From Fistulifera solaris (lineage: Eukaryota): a DNA stretch of 64,000 nucleotides. The notes beneath the pieces were generated by a model that worked only from the letters and a program-made list of their open reading frames with translations, made no database searches and was not told where the DNA came from. Shown here one piece after another: positions 1-10,863 of the stretch (position 1 is the first letter of the stretch; each line of letters opens with the position of its first letter). The position numbers and the translations under genes were made by a program. Location: the NCBI GenBank assembly GCA_030295235.1, contig AP026173.1:248001-312000 (forward strand), read 5' to 3'.

Positions 1-361
1 GATGCGACTGTTCGGAGTGAAAGACTGCCTCATCATTCGCTACAAAGTCGTCCGGAAACGGATGTTCCGATTCTTCGGGCCACTCGGTGGCCTCGAAGTG
101 TCCTGCCTCGTCGTCCTGACTTTTACTACTATCTTCTACGGTAGCAAAGTCTCCAAAGTCGGCCGCCGCAAAGATATCCGATAGGTGACTGTCGTGAAAT
201 GCGGCCATTGTGTTTGCTTCGCGTTGCTGATTGAGTTCGGCGACCAAGGTATTCAAATCCTCCAAAGGAACGTCCCCATTTTGAATTAAACCTTGCAAGG
301 TTTGAAAGAGCGTTTCCCGTTCGTCCGGTGCCAATCTTCTCGAGGTAGCCGTTTGCATCAT
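1..361 (-). CDS. 5' part of an unknown acidic protein, running off the window edge
   Basis: Open frame from ATG at 361 (MMQTATSRRLAPDERETLFQTLQGLIQNGDVPLEDLN...) with no stop before position 1; absent from the ORF track because it has no stop. Confidence 0.6.
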   Translation of the reverse strand, partial: MMQTATSRRLAPDERETLFQTLQGLIQNGDVPLEDLNTLVAELNQQREANTMAAFHDSHLSDIFAAADFGDFATVEDSSKSQDDEAGHFEATEWPEESEHPFPDDFVANDEAVFHSEQSH

Positions 362-1173
362 TCTGGGTTTCGAAAATCAATGGATGTGAACTTTTGAAGT
401 GAATGATGGACGAAAGATTGTGCTATGCTTCCCCAGTTAGAGTGTGAAGTGTGAAGAAGGATGAGAATGATGACATGGCGCCGCGACGAAAGCGTGAGGT
501 TGTTTGGATCAAGCGGGGCGGGGATCGGGAAAGCGCTCGGAAAAAGTCGGAACAGTCACTAACTGTACTAATTGCGACTACAAGATTCCGTGAACGGTAC
601 TCGATAGTTAAGCCATTGATTCGGACGCTTCCTTATTTCATAATAGGGTATGAACAAAACAGTAGATGCTTGGTATAATTGCATCATTACATAGTATATT
701 TCCAATCCGCTGTTGTTCACGTTGCCGGGCAATCTTCAATGATGGCAAAATGACTCTATTTCCCAATAGTAGACCTATCTGATCGTAATGTCGAAGCGGC
801 TTTATGGCTTCGTGCTTCGTTGTCTTTTATAGTATTGCCCGTTGTTGTTTGGCGCCAGAATGGATAGTGTTGAGTGTTGAGGAAGAAAATTAACGGTGCG
901 CTTAACGCTCGAGGCCCAATGAAACGCGAAGCTTGAGGTCGTCCGAGATCAATAAAAGGTCGTACAGGTACTCAAAGGACATCTTCCACGTTTCATTCCC
1001 CAGACACGATCCGGAAATAATTTATTGCATCGAAGAAACGAATGAATCCAAGCAGTTTGCTTCACATCGTAAAGCCATTTTTTTGAGGTGCAACACCGAC
1101 ATAACGTACCTTAAAGCTCGAACGTACGGGGCGGCGACTCTATTGTAAACAAAGAAGAAACGAAGCACTCAAC

Positions 1174-2508
1174 ATGACACGCTGCATCTCACGATCGATC
1201 CATCTGTTCTATTTGTTGGTGGCATGTTCCCACGCTTACATGACTCTGCCATGGCGTCCCGAACAATATCCTCATCCCGATCTGGATGCTCGGGTTTGTC
1301 GGACGGAATATCATCGTTTTTGTGATCCAGATCAAATATTGATGGAATCGGAAATTCAAAGTGTCGAAGCGTATTTACGAAAGGATCGGCGTCTCGAATG
1401 TCAGGAAAACATGTATGAAGTCCAATTTGGCGTTGCGATTGTGAAACAAGTGAGTTCGACAGATATGAGTCGGTTGTGACGATGAAATTTCCGGGCTCAC
1501 TTCATCTTTGTGTTTGTACAGATGGAATTGAATGGTTCTTTGGCACTGAACGCCGCCGAAGCCTTTGCTCGTACCATTCATGACAGTTGGGGCGTTGGGC
1601 AACAAACATCCTGTGGGGACACGGGAGCCTTGTTGTTTTTGAGTGAACACGATCGGACTCTGTATATTTCACGGGGCAGTGCCCTGGAGACGTACTTGAC
1701 GAATGCGCGCATCGACAAGATTGTCGCAGCGATGCGTCCCTATTTGCGAAAACAGCAATACGGACGCGCCATTTTGGAAGGATTACGACAAATGGATCAC
1801 TGGATGGAACAAGGACCCGCCACCGAAGATGAGAATAGCCCCGGTTGGGCTCCCGTCGTGATTGTCGTAATCTTTGTGGCCGTCTTTGTCGGCGTGGTCG
1901 TGTATGCCGCTCAGGAACAGAAACGAGAACGCGAACAATATGCCCGAATACAATATCATTTGAGTGAACTGGATCAACAACAAGCACAAGCGAAGCAGGG
2001 ACAGTATCACAGTACATCGTGTCCCATTTGTTTGGACGATTTTCAAACGACGCATACCCATCCCATGATGGGCTCCGATGGTCTTCCCGTGCGATATTTG
2101 CGGTGCGGTCACGTCTTGGACGAAACTTGTTGGAGAGACTGGACGGCGACACGATTCGATATTACGTGTCCGATTTGTCGAGAGCCCGTGAGTAGTCGTC
2201 TGCAGGAGGACACGGAACGACACGAATTGCTGCGCCATCGGTGGGACGATGAATTGCGTCAACGTCGATACCGCGAAGAACGCAATTTTCGACTCCATCG
2301 ACTGCAATCGCGTTATCCACGACACATTCGTCCGTCCTTGATCCAGACGTGGACGTCGGCGCAGTACAGTGGCTTGCTGGCACAAGACCCGGCCTTTGTG
2401 CGACTCGATCCGCGTCTGCGGGACACCACCAACACAACAAGTAGTAACAGTCATTCGAGTGGATTTGGGGGCGGTCGTAGTAGTGGTGGTGGAGGTGGCA
2501 CGTGGTGA
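1174..2508 (+). CDS. TPM (TLP18.3/Psb32/MOLO-1) domain membrane protein with cytosolic RING finger
   Basis: Signal peptide; TPM motifs CDPDQIL and FARTIHDSWGVG...GALLFLSEHDR; one TM helix; RING CPICLDDF...CGHVLDETC...CPICR; Gly-rich tail ending in W; GT-AG intron 1450-1521. Confidence 0.8.
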
Positions 2509-2909
2509 AACGAAGTGTTTGTTGGCAGTACGAATGAATCGATCCTTAAAAACGCTGTTACATTCTTGTATTGCTACAGAGATAGAAAGGTTAAGAATTC
2601 GAAGAAGCAAGTACGCCGTATCCATTTTAGTATTAGACCCTATGTTTGCAAAACAACGATCTGGCAATTCGATCGCAACCGTACGCAGTGCGTAAAGGAA
2701 TTCTATTCAAGCCATAGTTTTTTACGGACTCGATTTTCGCGGGACTGAAAAGTGATCAATGTCACTTCCAACGATCGTTTGGAGTCGTACTGGTACTAGT
2801 GGCGGCGCGGGTCTACACGATAACCATCGCACTGCGCTGTTGTTGCAATTCTTCATCATATTATCATTTGTATATATTGTACTCATTTTATCTCTTATCA
2901 TTCATCAAC

Positions 2910-5490
2910 ATGTCAAACACACGACGCAACAATGTCATAACGAATGGCTGTGATATTTGTTTGGGCAAGAATCAATGCGCCGGAATGCCGCTCTGGAATT
3001 GTCGCACTTGTCACATCCACATTCATCCGCTTTGTTATGGGAGACGAAGAAGATCAGTTTGAATGTTGGGCGTGTCGGGCCGTCGGCACGGAAATCGAAG
3101 GACGCTGTTTGATGACGGGACAAATGAAACCAATCAAAGTCCAAAAACGACCGACGGAATGTTGTTTGTGCGGGGTCGACAATGGCAATGAATTTCTACA
3201 CGCGATGCATCCCGTCTACGATTATCACGGCGGATATCACATACTATTACCGCCCTCCAGGGAAGGACCGGAACGATTGGCGTGGGCGCATTCCTTATGT
3301 TGTTTTGCCCTCTGTAGTCATGATGCGGTTTCGGGGTGTTTGTACGGATGTACGATGAACGGGACGTACGATGGCGTGCCGCATCCGGACGAGAAAGAAC
3401 GAAAGAATCCGCATTTGCCGTTGTTGCCGAACGTCGGCAAACAAACCATTCATCACTTTGCGTATTGGGGCATTCGTCGTCCCGACAACGAGGATCCTTG
3501 GACACGGACATTGCGCGAACATCAGCAACTCAAATGTCGATTGTGTGGCAAAGACGATCGACCGGCGCACGTGTTGCGTATTCCTATCCAGTGTTCCGCC
3601 AATGCGGCGCACGAGTTTAGTGAATTCAAGGGTCGGCACGTGAATTTGCGAGGCGATCACTGCTACGAGGCAATTCATGTCGGATGTGCGATCTGGAAGA
3701 AGGATGACACCGGAGCGTGGCCGTCTCGGCGGCGCGTGTACTTTCATCCGGGGCGGTCTGAAGGAACCGTGCAAATTGATCCGGTCATTAATGTCTTTTG
3801 TACGACGCATGCGGATGATTTGTGTGGAGTTGGAGGGAGTCGTCTGTTGCGCTATCCGGTCCCCGAACAGCCAGGGAGATCGGTCGGTACGCTGCCCCCT
3901 TCGCAGAGAGTTCCACCGGGGAGATCGGCATCTGTAGGTGCGGTCCCTTCTTCACATAGAGTTCCACCGGGGAGATCGGCTTCTGTAGGTGCGGTCCCTT
4001 CTTCACATAGAATACCTCCAGAAAAGCCACAAAGTATAACGGGGAAATCCGCGTCTGTAGGAACGGTACCTTCTTCACATAGAGTGCCTCCGGAAAAGCC
4101 ACAGACCATAACGGGGAGATCCGCGTCTCTCGGTACCCCTTCACATAAAGTGCCCCCAGAGAAGACGCGAGATTATAGGGAGATCGTCATCGGTCGGTAC
4201 ATTGCCTCCGCCACATAAGGCGCCTCCAGAAAAGCCACAGATGATAATGGGGAGATTGGCTTCTGTAGGTACGGTGCCAAAGTGTATTCCCTTGTCACAA
4301 ACAGCGGTGCCCTTAGAAAAGCCACAAGTGATAACGGGAAGATCTGCATCCGTTGGCACATTGCCCAGGTCCAGCCCTCTGTCACAAAAGCCGGCTTTCC
4401 AGTCACCGAAGGATACGAACATTGTTGAAGTGCACAAAGCGCCATCCTGTGCCTCGCCCAAAACGAGTAGCTCGGATCATGAGCGATCGGCTATCCGCTT
4501 ATCCAGTGCGTCGGGGCCTCCGGGGTTGTTTCACATAACAAGAAAAACGATAAACAACTCCGTCACCGGGATATCTCCGCCCATGAATAAAGAGCCTACC
4601 GGTAAGCCCAACGTAGATGGCAGTGATCTGAACCATGCTAAAGCACCAAATAAGATACCAGCCGACCCTACCCCGGAGAAGACGCCCGGCACTATTCCCC
4701 GAAAAGCCACTGCTGCACAGTCGTCGTTGTTGGACGGGAAATCACAAAAGCGATCGCCACTTCGTTACCAGCGGTACCCAAGCGCAAGCATAGTAGCTCG
4801 TCCGTTCCCCCGACCGATACCGGGCTCGATCATGTTCCCAGAAAAAGGCCAGCTGTACTGCAAAACGTAATTGAACCGACTAAGAAGCGAAAGCAGTCGT
4901 CTCAAGCAAACTCTGTGAAGGATAAGAAGGCCGGAGGTCCAGCACGACGGATCGAAGATGTCGCCGACACAAATCCATTATCGGCAGAAGCTACGCTAAA
5001 GTCGGGTAAGAAGAAAAAAGCAACTGCATCGGCTCTTGAAGGCAAGAAGAAGAAGAAGAAAGTCGGAAAGAAAATAATTGTTGAACCAGCTGCTCCGTCC
5101 AAACCGGTCAGTGTCCCCCCTCCATTGAAACGGAGCATTTCTGAGTCCAAATGCCACTCGTACGATGACACAGAGTTAGAGAGAAAGTATTTGAAGATCT
5201 TAGAATCTCTCAAGGGCGTCGTTGAAAAATTCGCTTACTCTGAAGAGACCTTCAATGAAGTGATGAATGACGAGAGACCGAACTGGGAGAAGGAAATCAA
5301 CACGCGTCGGCCGGTTTTCAATGTACTTTGGAGCAAGGTGGAAAAAGCCTTGTCAAAGAATGTTGACTTTTCTGGTGAAGACTGGAGCTTTTTGGTTGTC
5401 GGGAAAAATTTTGACCTCGGCAAAATGGATTTTAGCCAGTGGGAGTCCTACGAGGTAATAAAGGATGATAATGACGAGATGAGCGTTTAA
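2910..5490 (+). CDS. PHD plus extended PHD (PZP-like) chromatin reader with repetitive low-complexity C-terminal region
   Basis: CDIC...CRTCHIHIHPLCYG...CWAC PHD; then CCLC...WAHSLC knuckle and CRLC...IQC...CYEAIHVGCA...FCTTH; Lys-rich NLS-like stretch; several 1-nt frameshifts join ORFs 2799, 2944, 4202 and 4915. Confidence 0.75.
3872..4400 (+). repeat. Coding minisatellite, about 8 units of 51-72 bp (GRSASVGTVPSSHRVPP[EKPQTIT])
   Basis: Repeated gggagatcggc.tctgtagg...cttcacatagagt.cc.cc units visible in both DNA and translation. Confidence 0.85.
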
Positions 5491-5644
5491 GATACGGACT
5501 AATTACATGAATTACGAATCTTAGAATCCGTGTGACTTGTGCAAACTCTTTTTTTCTAATTATTTTTTCTTCTCACGACGAAATACATCTGCGTGTCTAG
5601 CTAGTAGCCATCCACACACACAAGCGCCTCAACGTCAGCAATTC

Positions 5645-7127
5645 CTACTGGAGAACTCGTTTGAAGACGATACACAAGTACCCTTCACCATTTGCATTAG
5701 GCAAGACCGAATGATGGAACTTGCCATTGCAGGTGTCGTGCATTAGTACAAGATCTCCAGAGAAGAAGCGAATGGCCACGGCTTCTTTATCATTAGTTGT
5801 GGCTTGATTCTTCTCAACGACTGATATATTCGTATTTTCCTTGTCCCAGTCCTCCCACGATGTTCGAATGGGACGAAAAACAAATTGGAATACATCGCCT
5901 GATGCTAGAAGACAAGTTCGCCGATCCCATTTTGTTCCTGAGACCATGCAAGCAAAGGTAAGACGGTCAATGAGGCCAAATAAAATGATCACATCATCAA
6001 AGGATATAACCAAGCTACACCAAAACATGAAACGCACCGTGTCCTCGTTCTGTATGAAATCTAGAGGCCGTTTTTTCTCAGAATACCAATTGCAGCGCGC
6101 ACAATCGTAGAAACCATAGTCATTGGTGACCAGTTCCACTTCCCTCATAATGGTCAATATAGATGCGGTCTGAGAAGCTTCCCGCCGTCCGTCACAGCAT
6201 CAATCCCTCGTCGTGCAAGCCAAACTGCATTACAACGTTTTCTATCACCGGACCCTTTTCGCGTGCGAGGCGAATCAAAGTGGAACAGAATTTCCTGTTG
6301 CACTGCCCGCATTGGTTCACGCTGAAGAAAATTAACTGCTCGAGGAAGTATATCAAAGGGTAACGCGGATACGCGCTTTTCAAGACGCGGAAGTTTTGAG
6401 GATAGTTTCCGTTGAAGGTCATTGACGAAGTAAGGATTTGCGTACGGTTTTAAAGTGACCATTAAACCTCGTGCTGCCCATCGCACTTCAACTGCTTCAT
6501 TCAATGGAATTGAGAATGCCATTTGCTCCGCGCGTTCAATTAATAACCAAATGGCATGAGAAATGGTGGAAGGCAGGTCAAATGTATTGGCATATGTAAC
6601 GTCGGACATGACATTCTTTCGCAAAAGCGTATAAAGGGCAACGAGAGCCTGCCGAATGGCTCTTCTTTCTTTGCTAGTGGGATCAGTACTTTCGTCAGCA
6701 TAATTGTAACCCGCGGAAAAACAGCTCTCTCGAATGCTTTTTCTCGCCACAAAGATGACTTATTTTCACAATCGTAGACATCGGTCAATTCCACCAGACG
6801 CGTTAGCCATAGTGCGCCCAACTGTCGTCGCTTTGCATGCTGCCAGCGTTTCGAAAAGTAACCAGATGGTACTTCAGGGCTATTAGGCATCCATAAATAT
6901 ATGGAAAGAAGCTCTTCTATTGTGGCTGCATTTTTAATATTTTGTGTGAGGGTCCCAGCGACCACTTTTCTAGCGTTCAGCCCCAGATGATGATTCTTCG
7001 GCTCTCCACGTCGATGCGATGATACAAAGGAAAAGGCAACATTGCAGCTGAGTAGAAAAGCTGTCAATGCGAGAAACAAAAATCGATTGATTAAGTTAAA
7101 AGCAGTTCTCATTTTCAAGGCATCCAT
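5645..7127 (-). CDS. AlkB-like 2OG-Fe(II) dioxygenase, diverged tandem paralog
   Basis: Colinear with the neighbouring gene (LIERAEQ, EVRWAARGLM, LPFDILP, CNWY, FHH, same intron position). HTE motif recovered after one homopolymer frameshift correction; N-terminal signal/transit peptide. Confidence 0.7.
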
Positions 7128-7409
7128 TTACTGAGTTTGATGCAATCGTTCGTCGGGGATTATGCTGCGAACGTCACTGGCGAATCTCCAACTTGGGCAT
7201 TGGCTTAAGGTGGCGGTGTCCAAGTTATCCAGATAAATGCGTAGCTTTAAACTTCAAAAGCATAGAAAGCATTCCAAGAGGTGAGAAACACTTGTTTGCG
7301 CGAAAAGCGCAAAGGTGCAAGGTGTTTTGAAGTTCGTCAGCACCTTCGCATTCCAAACTAAGAAAAAGAGTACTTGTGTGACGCATCGTCGAGTCACCTC
7401 CATTCGTTT

Positions 7410-8820
7410 TTATCGCTTATTCCCACGCGAACGTCGTCCTTGCCCCGCCAATCCATGACCCCGTTGACCTTTGCTTCCACGCGGGAGAGCCCGTTTCAAC
7501 ACCAAACTGACACGGCCGCGACCATCTGCATCAGGATATACCGCATGATGAAAGTCATCGTTGCAGGTATCGTACATTTTCACAATATCTCCCGGAAACA
7601 AGCGAATGACTGCAGGTTCATTGTTGATTCCGTTCTTTTGTGACGTCCCTGCTTGCTGGTTCGTATCCCAATCTTCCCAGGATGTTTGAATCGGACGAAA
7701 GGCGAACCGCCGAGCATCGCCCGCTGCCACAACACAAGTCAGACGATCCCACATTGTACCTGAAACGAAAACAGTGTGAGCGGCGACACAAATGCAAAAG
7801 ATGACGACGACCGTAGCATTTACTCAACGCACCATGCTCCGGATCGGTATGAAATTTACAAGCCGATTCGCCGTATGGGTACCAATTGCACAGGGCACAA
7901 TCGAAGAAAGGACTCTCGGTTCGAAACATGGCGTGTTCGACTTGTCGCATGACATTTGTAACAGACGTTGGCAAAGGATGCGGTGCCATGAGTTTACCAC
8001 TGTACGCCAGGGCCCCGATTCCTTCCTCGGCGACCCACGCCGTGCCGCGCCGTTCTTGGACATTGGCACCGGTACGTGTAATAATGGTATCAAATTGAAA
8101 GGGAATGTCCTGTTGCCAGGCGGAGACGGACTGGAGATCAGAAACTCCGCAAGGGAGTATATCAAAGGGCAATCGCGAGACGCGCTGTTCGAGTTGCGGC
8201 ACTGCGAGACTCTGCAAAGAAGGTTGACTCGCCATGAGACCCCGCACCGCCCATCGCACTTCAATCGCCTCCTGCAACGGTATTGTCGCAGCTGTTTGTT
8301 CGGCGCGTTCTATTAACATATGAATCCCCGATATAATTTTACTTTCTGGAATTAAACCAATTTTGGGGTTCGTTCGCATCAGAGTATGCAAAGCTACCAA
8401 TGATTGCCGTAATGCTTGTGTTTCTTTGCGTGTGGGAGGAATCGTGTCATCGTACGGCATCGCAGCCGCTAAAACCTTCCTCTCCAAGGCTTCTTGATCA
8501 AACGTTTCATCGCACGGCGGCAACTCCATGAATCGCGTCAACCACTGCGCCGCCCATCGTTGTCGTTTTTCGTGGTGAACGTGCTGCGAACGAACATGAG
8601 GTGGCAAATTGTCGTCGGTCGGTAGCCATATTGATATAGACAAGAGATCATTTGTGGATTGCGCGTCTTGAATGGCTTGACCGATACTGGCGGCCGTTGT
8701 CGAGAATTGCAACGTCAAACACTGGGGTGATCGATGCTGCCGATGTGGAAGAAAGGCGTGGCTGCAGCCAAGCAAATAGGATGCTGTAACTGACAGAAAG
8801 ACCGGCAGCTTGTTTATCAT
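7410..8820 (-). CDS. AlkB-like 2OG-Fe(II) dioxygenase, probably plastid-targeted
   Basis: Signal peptide plus SHAF cleavage motif; CNWY...FHTD (HxD), distal FHHAV and RVSLVLKR (RxxxxxR-type); phase-1 intron near 7761-7831. Confidence 0.8.
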
Positions 8821-9404
8821 ACTAAGGTGGGTTTCATTCAGCCTAAAGAAGGTTCTTATTTTTTAGTTTGTTTTATAATACGAAGTTGAGTAGTCTTATG
8901 ATGTTTGGTTTGTTTTATGTTGCATCGCAGCATTATTTTTTTTCCCTTTGTTTTATATTTTATCGGCGTTTGCCGCATGCGTCTGGCCTTAGGCCGCTTC
9001 TTTAGTTTACTATGGCGGGGTGTGTAGGCGACCTTTTATCTCGCAACTGGATTTCAGTCACGCTATTGACGAACACTTACCTGTCGTACAGTTTATGAGA
9101 AGACGTTTTACTGTCATTCATCTTTTTTGTTGATGTTGACGAGATTTACTGAAGACCAATGTATGATTTTGCTTGCAGACCATTTCATACGAACATCTCC
9201 TTCGTTCGTACATTTAACTGAAAAAGAAAGGGAGGAGGTCCAGAGCTTCTTTGGTGAAGAAGCGACGACGTGCTTAATCAAGGATGACCACGAAGAGGAC
9301 GATGTCGGGCTTCTTTTTGATATGTTGTGACATTGAGTCATTCGGATTCAACAACACATGACTAATATATAATTACCTAAAAATACAACGTGTTTGTTTC
9401 CACT

Positions 9405-9652
9405 TTAAGGAATGGGAGAACATCCGGCCGCAATGCAAGAGACCATGCAGACACCGAGGGCCGAGTTGCAACCCACAATGGCGGCCGGAACTCCGGCACC
9501 GGCCGTGACGGTGCCAAAGACGGCTCCCGCGGAAGCATAACACGCTACCGCCACGGCATTGCATCCCGTCTGGCAAATGCCGTACGACAAGGTCCCGCCG
9601 ACACGGTGCTGGCGACCGCCGAGAGAAAGAGGGCTTTCGCTTTTAGATTCAT
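9405..9652 (-). CDS. Small secreted Cys-rich hydrophobic protein (zygote-specific class V-like family), copy 1
   Basis: After one frameshift correction: MNLKAKALFLSAVASTVSAG-PLSYGICQTGCNAVAVACYASAGAVFGTVTAGAGVPAAIVGCNSALGVCMVSCIAAGCSPIP. Confidence 0.75.
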
Positions 9653-10127
9653 GGTACATTTTGAATGATTGAAGAATGGATACGGTGTATGAATGATTTC
9701 GCGCACTTTTGTTTTATGCGCGATTGGTCAACAGGAAATGTGACGGATTCTCAATTTCGTGAAGGTGTCAAGGTGTTCGCAAAATAAGATGCCCTCATGT
9801 CACGGAAGTATGCTCTTATCTATTACTGCAACTGAAGAACGTGACACTTTGTCATGAAGGCATTTGAAGAAGCTGAAACACGACATTGGAAACGGACAAG
9901 TTGACATAAACAGAAACTCACGTCAATCGGTCTTGCAAAGGCCTGCTCATTTGTTTGGATAAACTTATTGAAAAGAGACCCATCAATTAAGCCAGGCAAG
10001 GATTGCTAGAGACCATCGACGGCTCTTCTACTGATGATAATATCTAGTAATCTTGAGCTGGCAGTCGTTTTCAATGAACTATATTATCATTATCAGTAAC
10101 GACTATCAATCGTAGAGCTTTCTTTTC

Positions 10128-10379
10128 TTAGGGAACCGGAGAAATTCCCGCCACCACACACGAGGCCATGCAACATCCGAGGGCCGTGTTGCAACCCACA
10201 ATGGCGGCCGGAATTCCGGCACCGGCGGTCACGGCACCAAAGACAAAGCCCGCCGAGGAATAACACGCCACGGCCATCCCGTTGCAACCCGATTGGCAGA
10301 TGCCGTACGACAAGAGCCCCGCCGAGGCCGAAGAGGTGGTGACCGCCAGGAGAAGGAGCGATTTTGGCGATAGTTTCAT
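10128..10379 (-). CDS. Small secreted Cys-rich hydrophobic protein (zygote-specific class V-like family), copy 2
   Basis: Signal peptide plus YGICQSGCNGMAVACYSSAGFVFGAVTAGAGIPAAIVGCNTALGCCMASC; closely similar to copy 1. Confidence 0.8.
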   Translation of the reverse strand: MKLSPKSLLLLAVTTSSASAGLLSYGICQSGCNGMAVACYSSAGFVFGAVTAGAGIPAAIVGCNTALGCCMASCVVAGISPVP

Positions 10380-10863
10380 GGTGTTTAGTTATGGAAGTGA
10401 AGGACGAAAGTAATCTCGAACACAATTTTATGTGCGAACTCTGATGATTACTCAACAAATTTGAAACGTTATCACTTTCGTGAAAAGATGCTTTCAAAGA
10501 TATCATAGCACGTCACGTTGGCATATTCTTTTTAATTAAGTAATAGAAATGGGAAGGTGACATTGCCTCACGAAGGCATAACGAAGATGTAACGCGACAA
10601 AGAGACGACTTAATTAAGAATAGCGCAAAGAAAAAGCCGTGACTTTCTTCAAAAATCAAAAGATTGTATCCCCTGCTCTCGTCTTTTAGGACATGAAGCG
10701 TCTATCCACGATAAATTCTAGCTAGAATGAAAGAAACGGTGTGGACCTCGACAAGGAACAAATTGACAATCGAAACTAAGTATAACGAAACATTTTTAGC
10801 TTAAAATTGTGTATTACATTTGGTTTCTCTATGACATAATTGTATAGTTTCTCGTTTCTTTCC

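Noticed and set aside
1783..2667. Long antisense ORFs (also 19387-20202, 24900-25535 and others)
   Set aside because: Shadows of real genes on the opposite strand, with no recognisable motifs.
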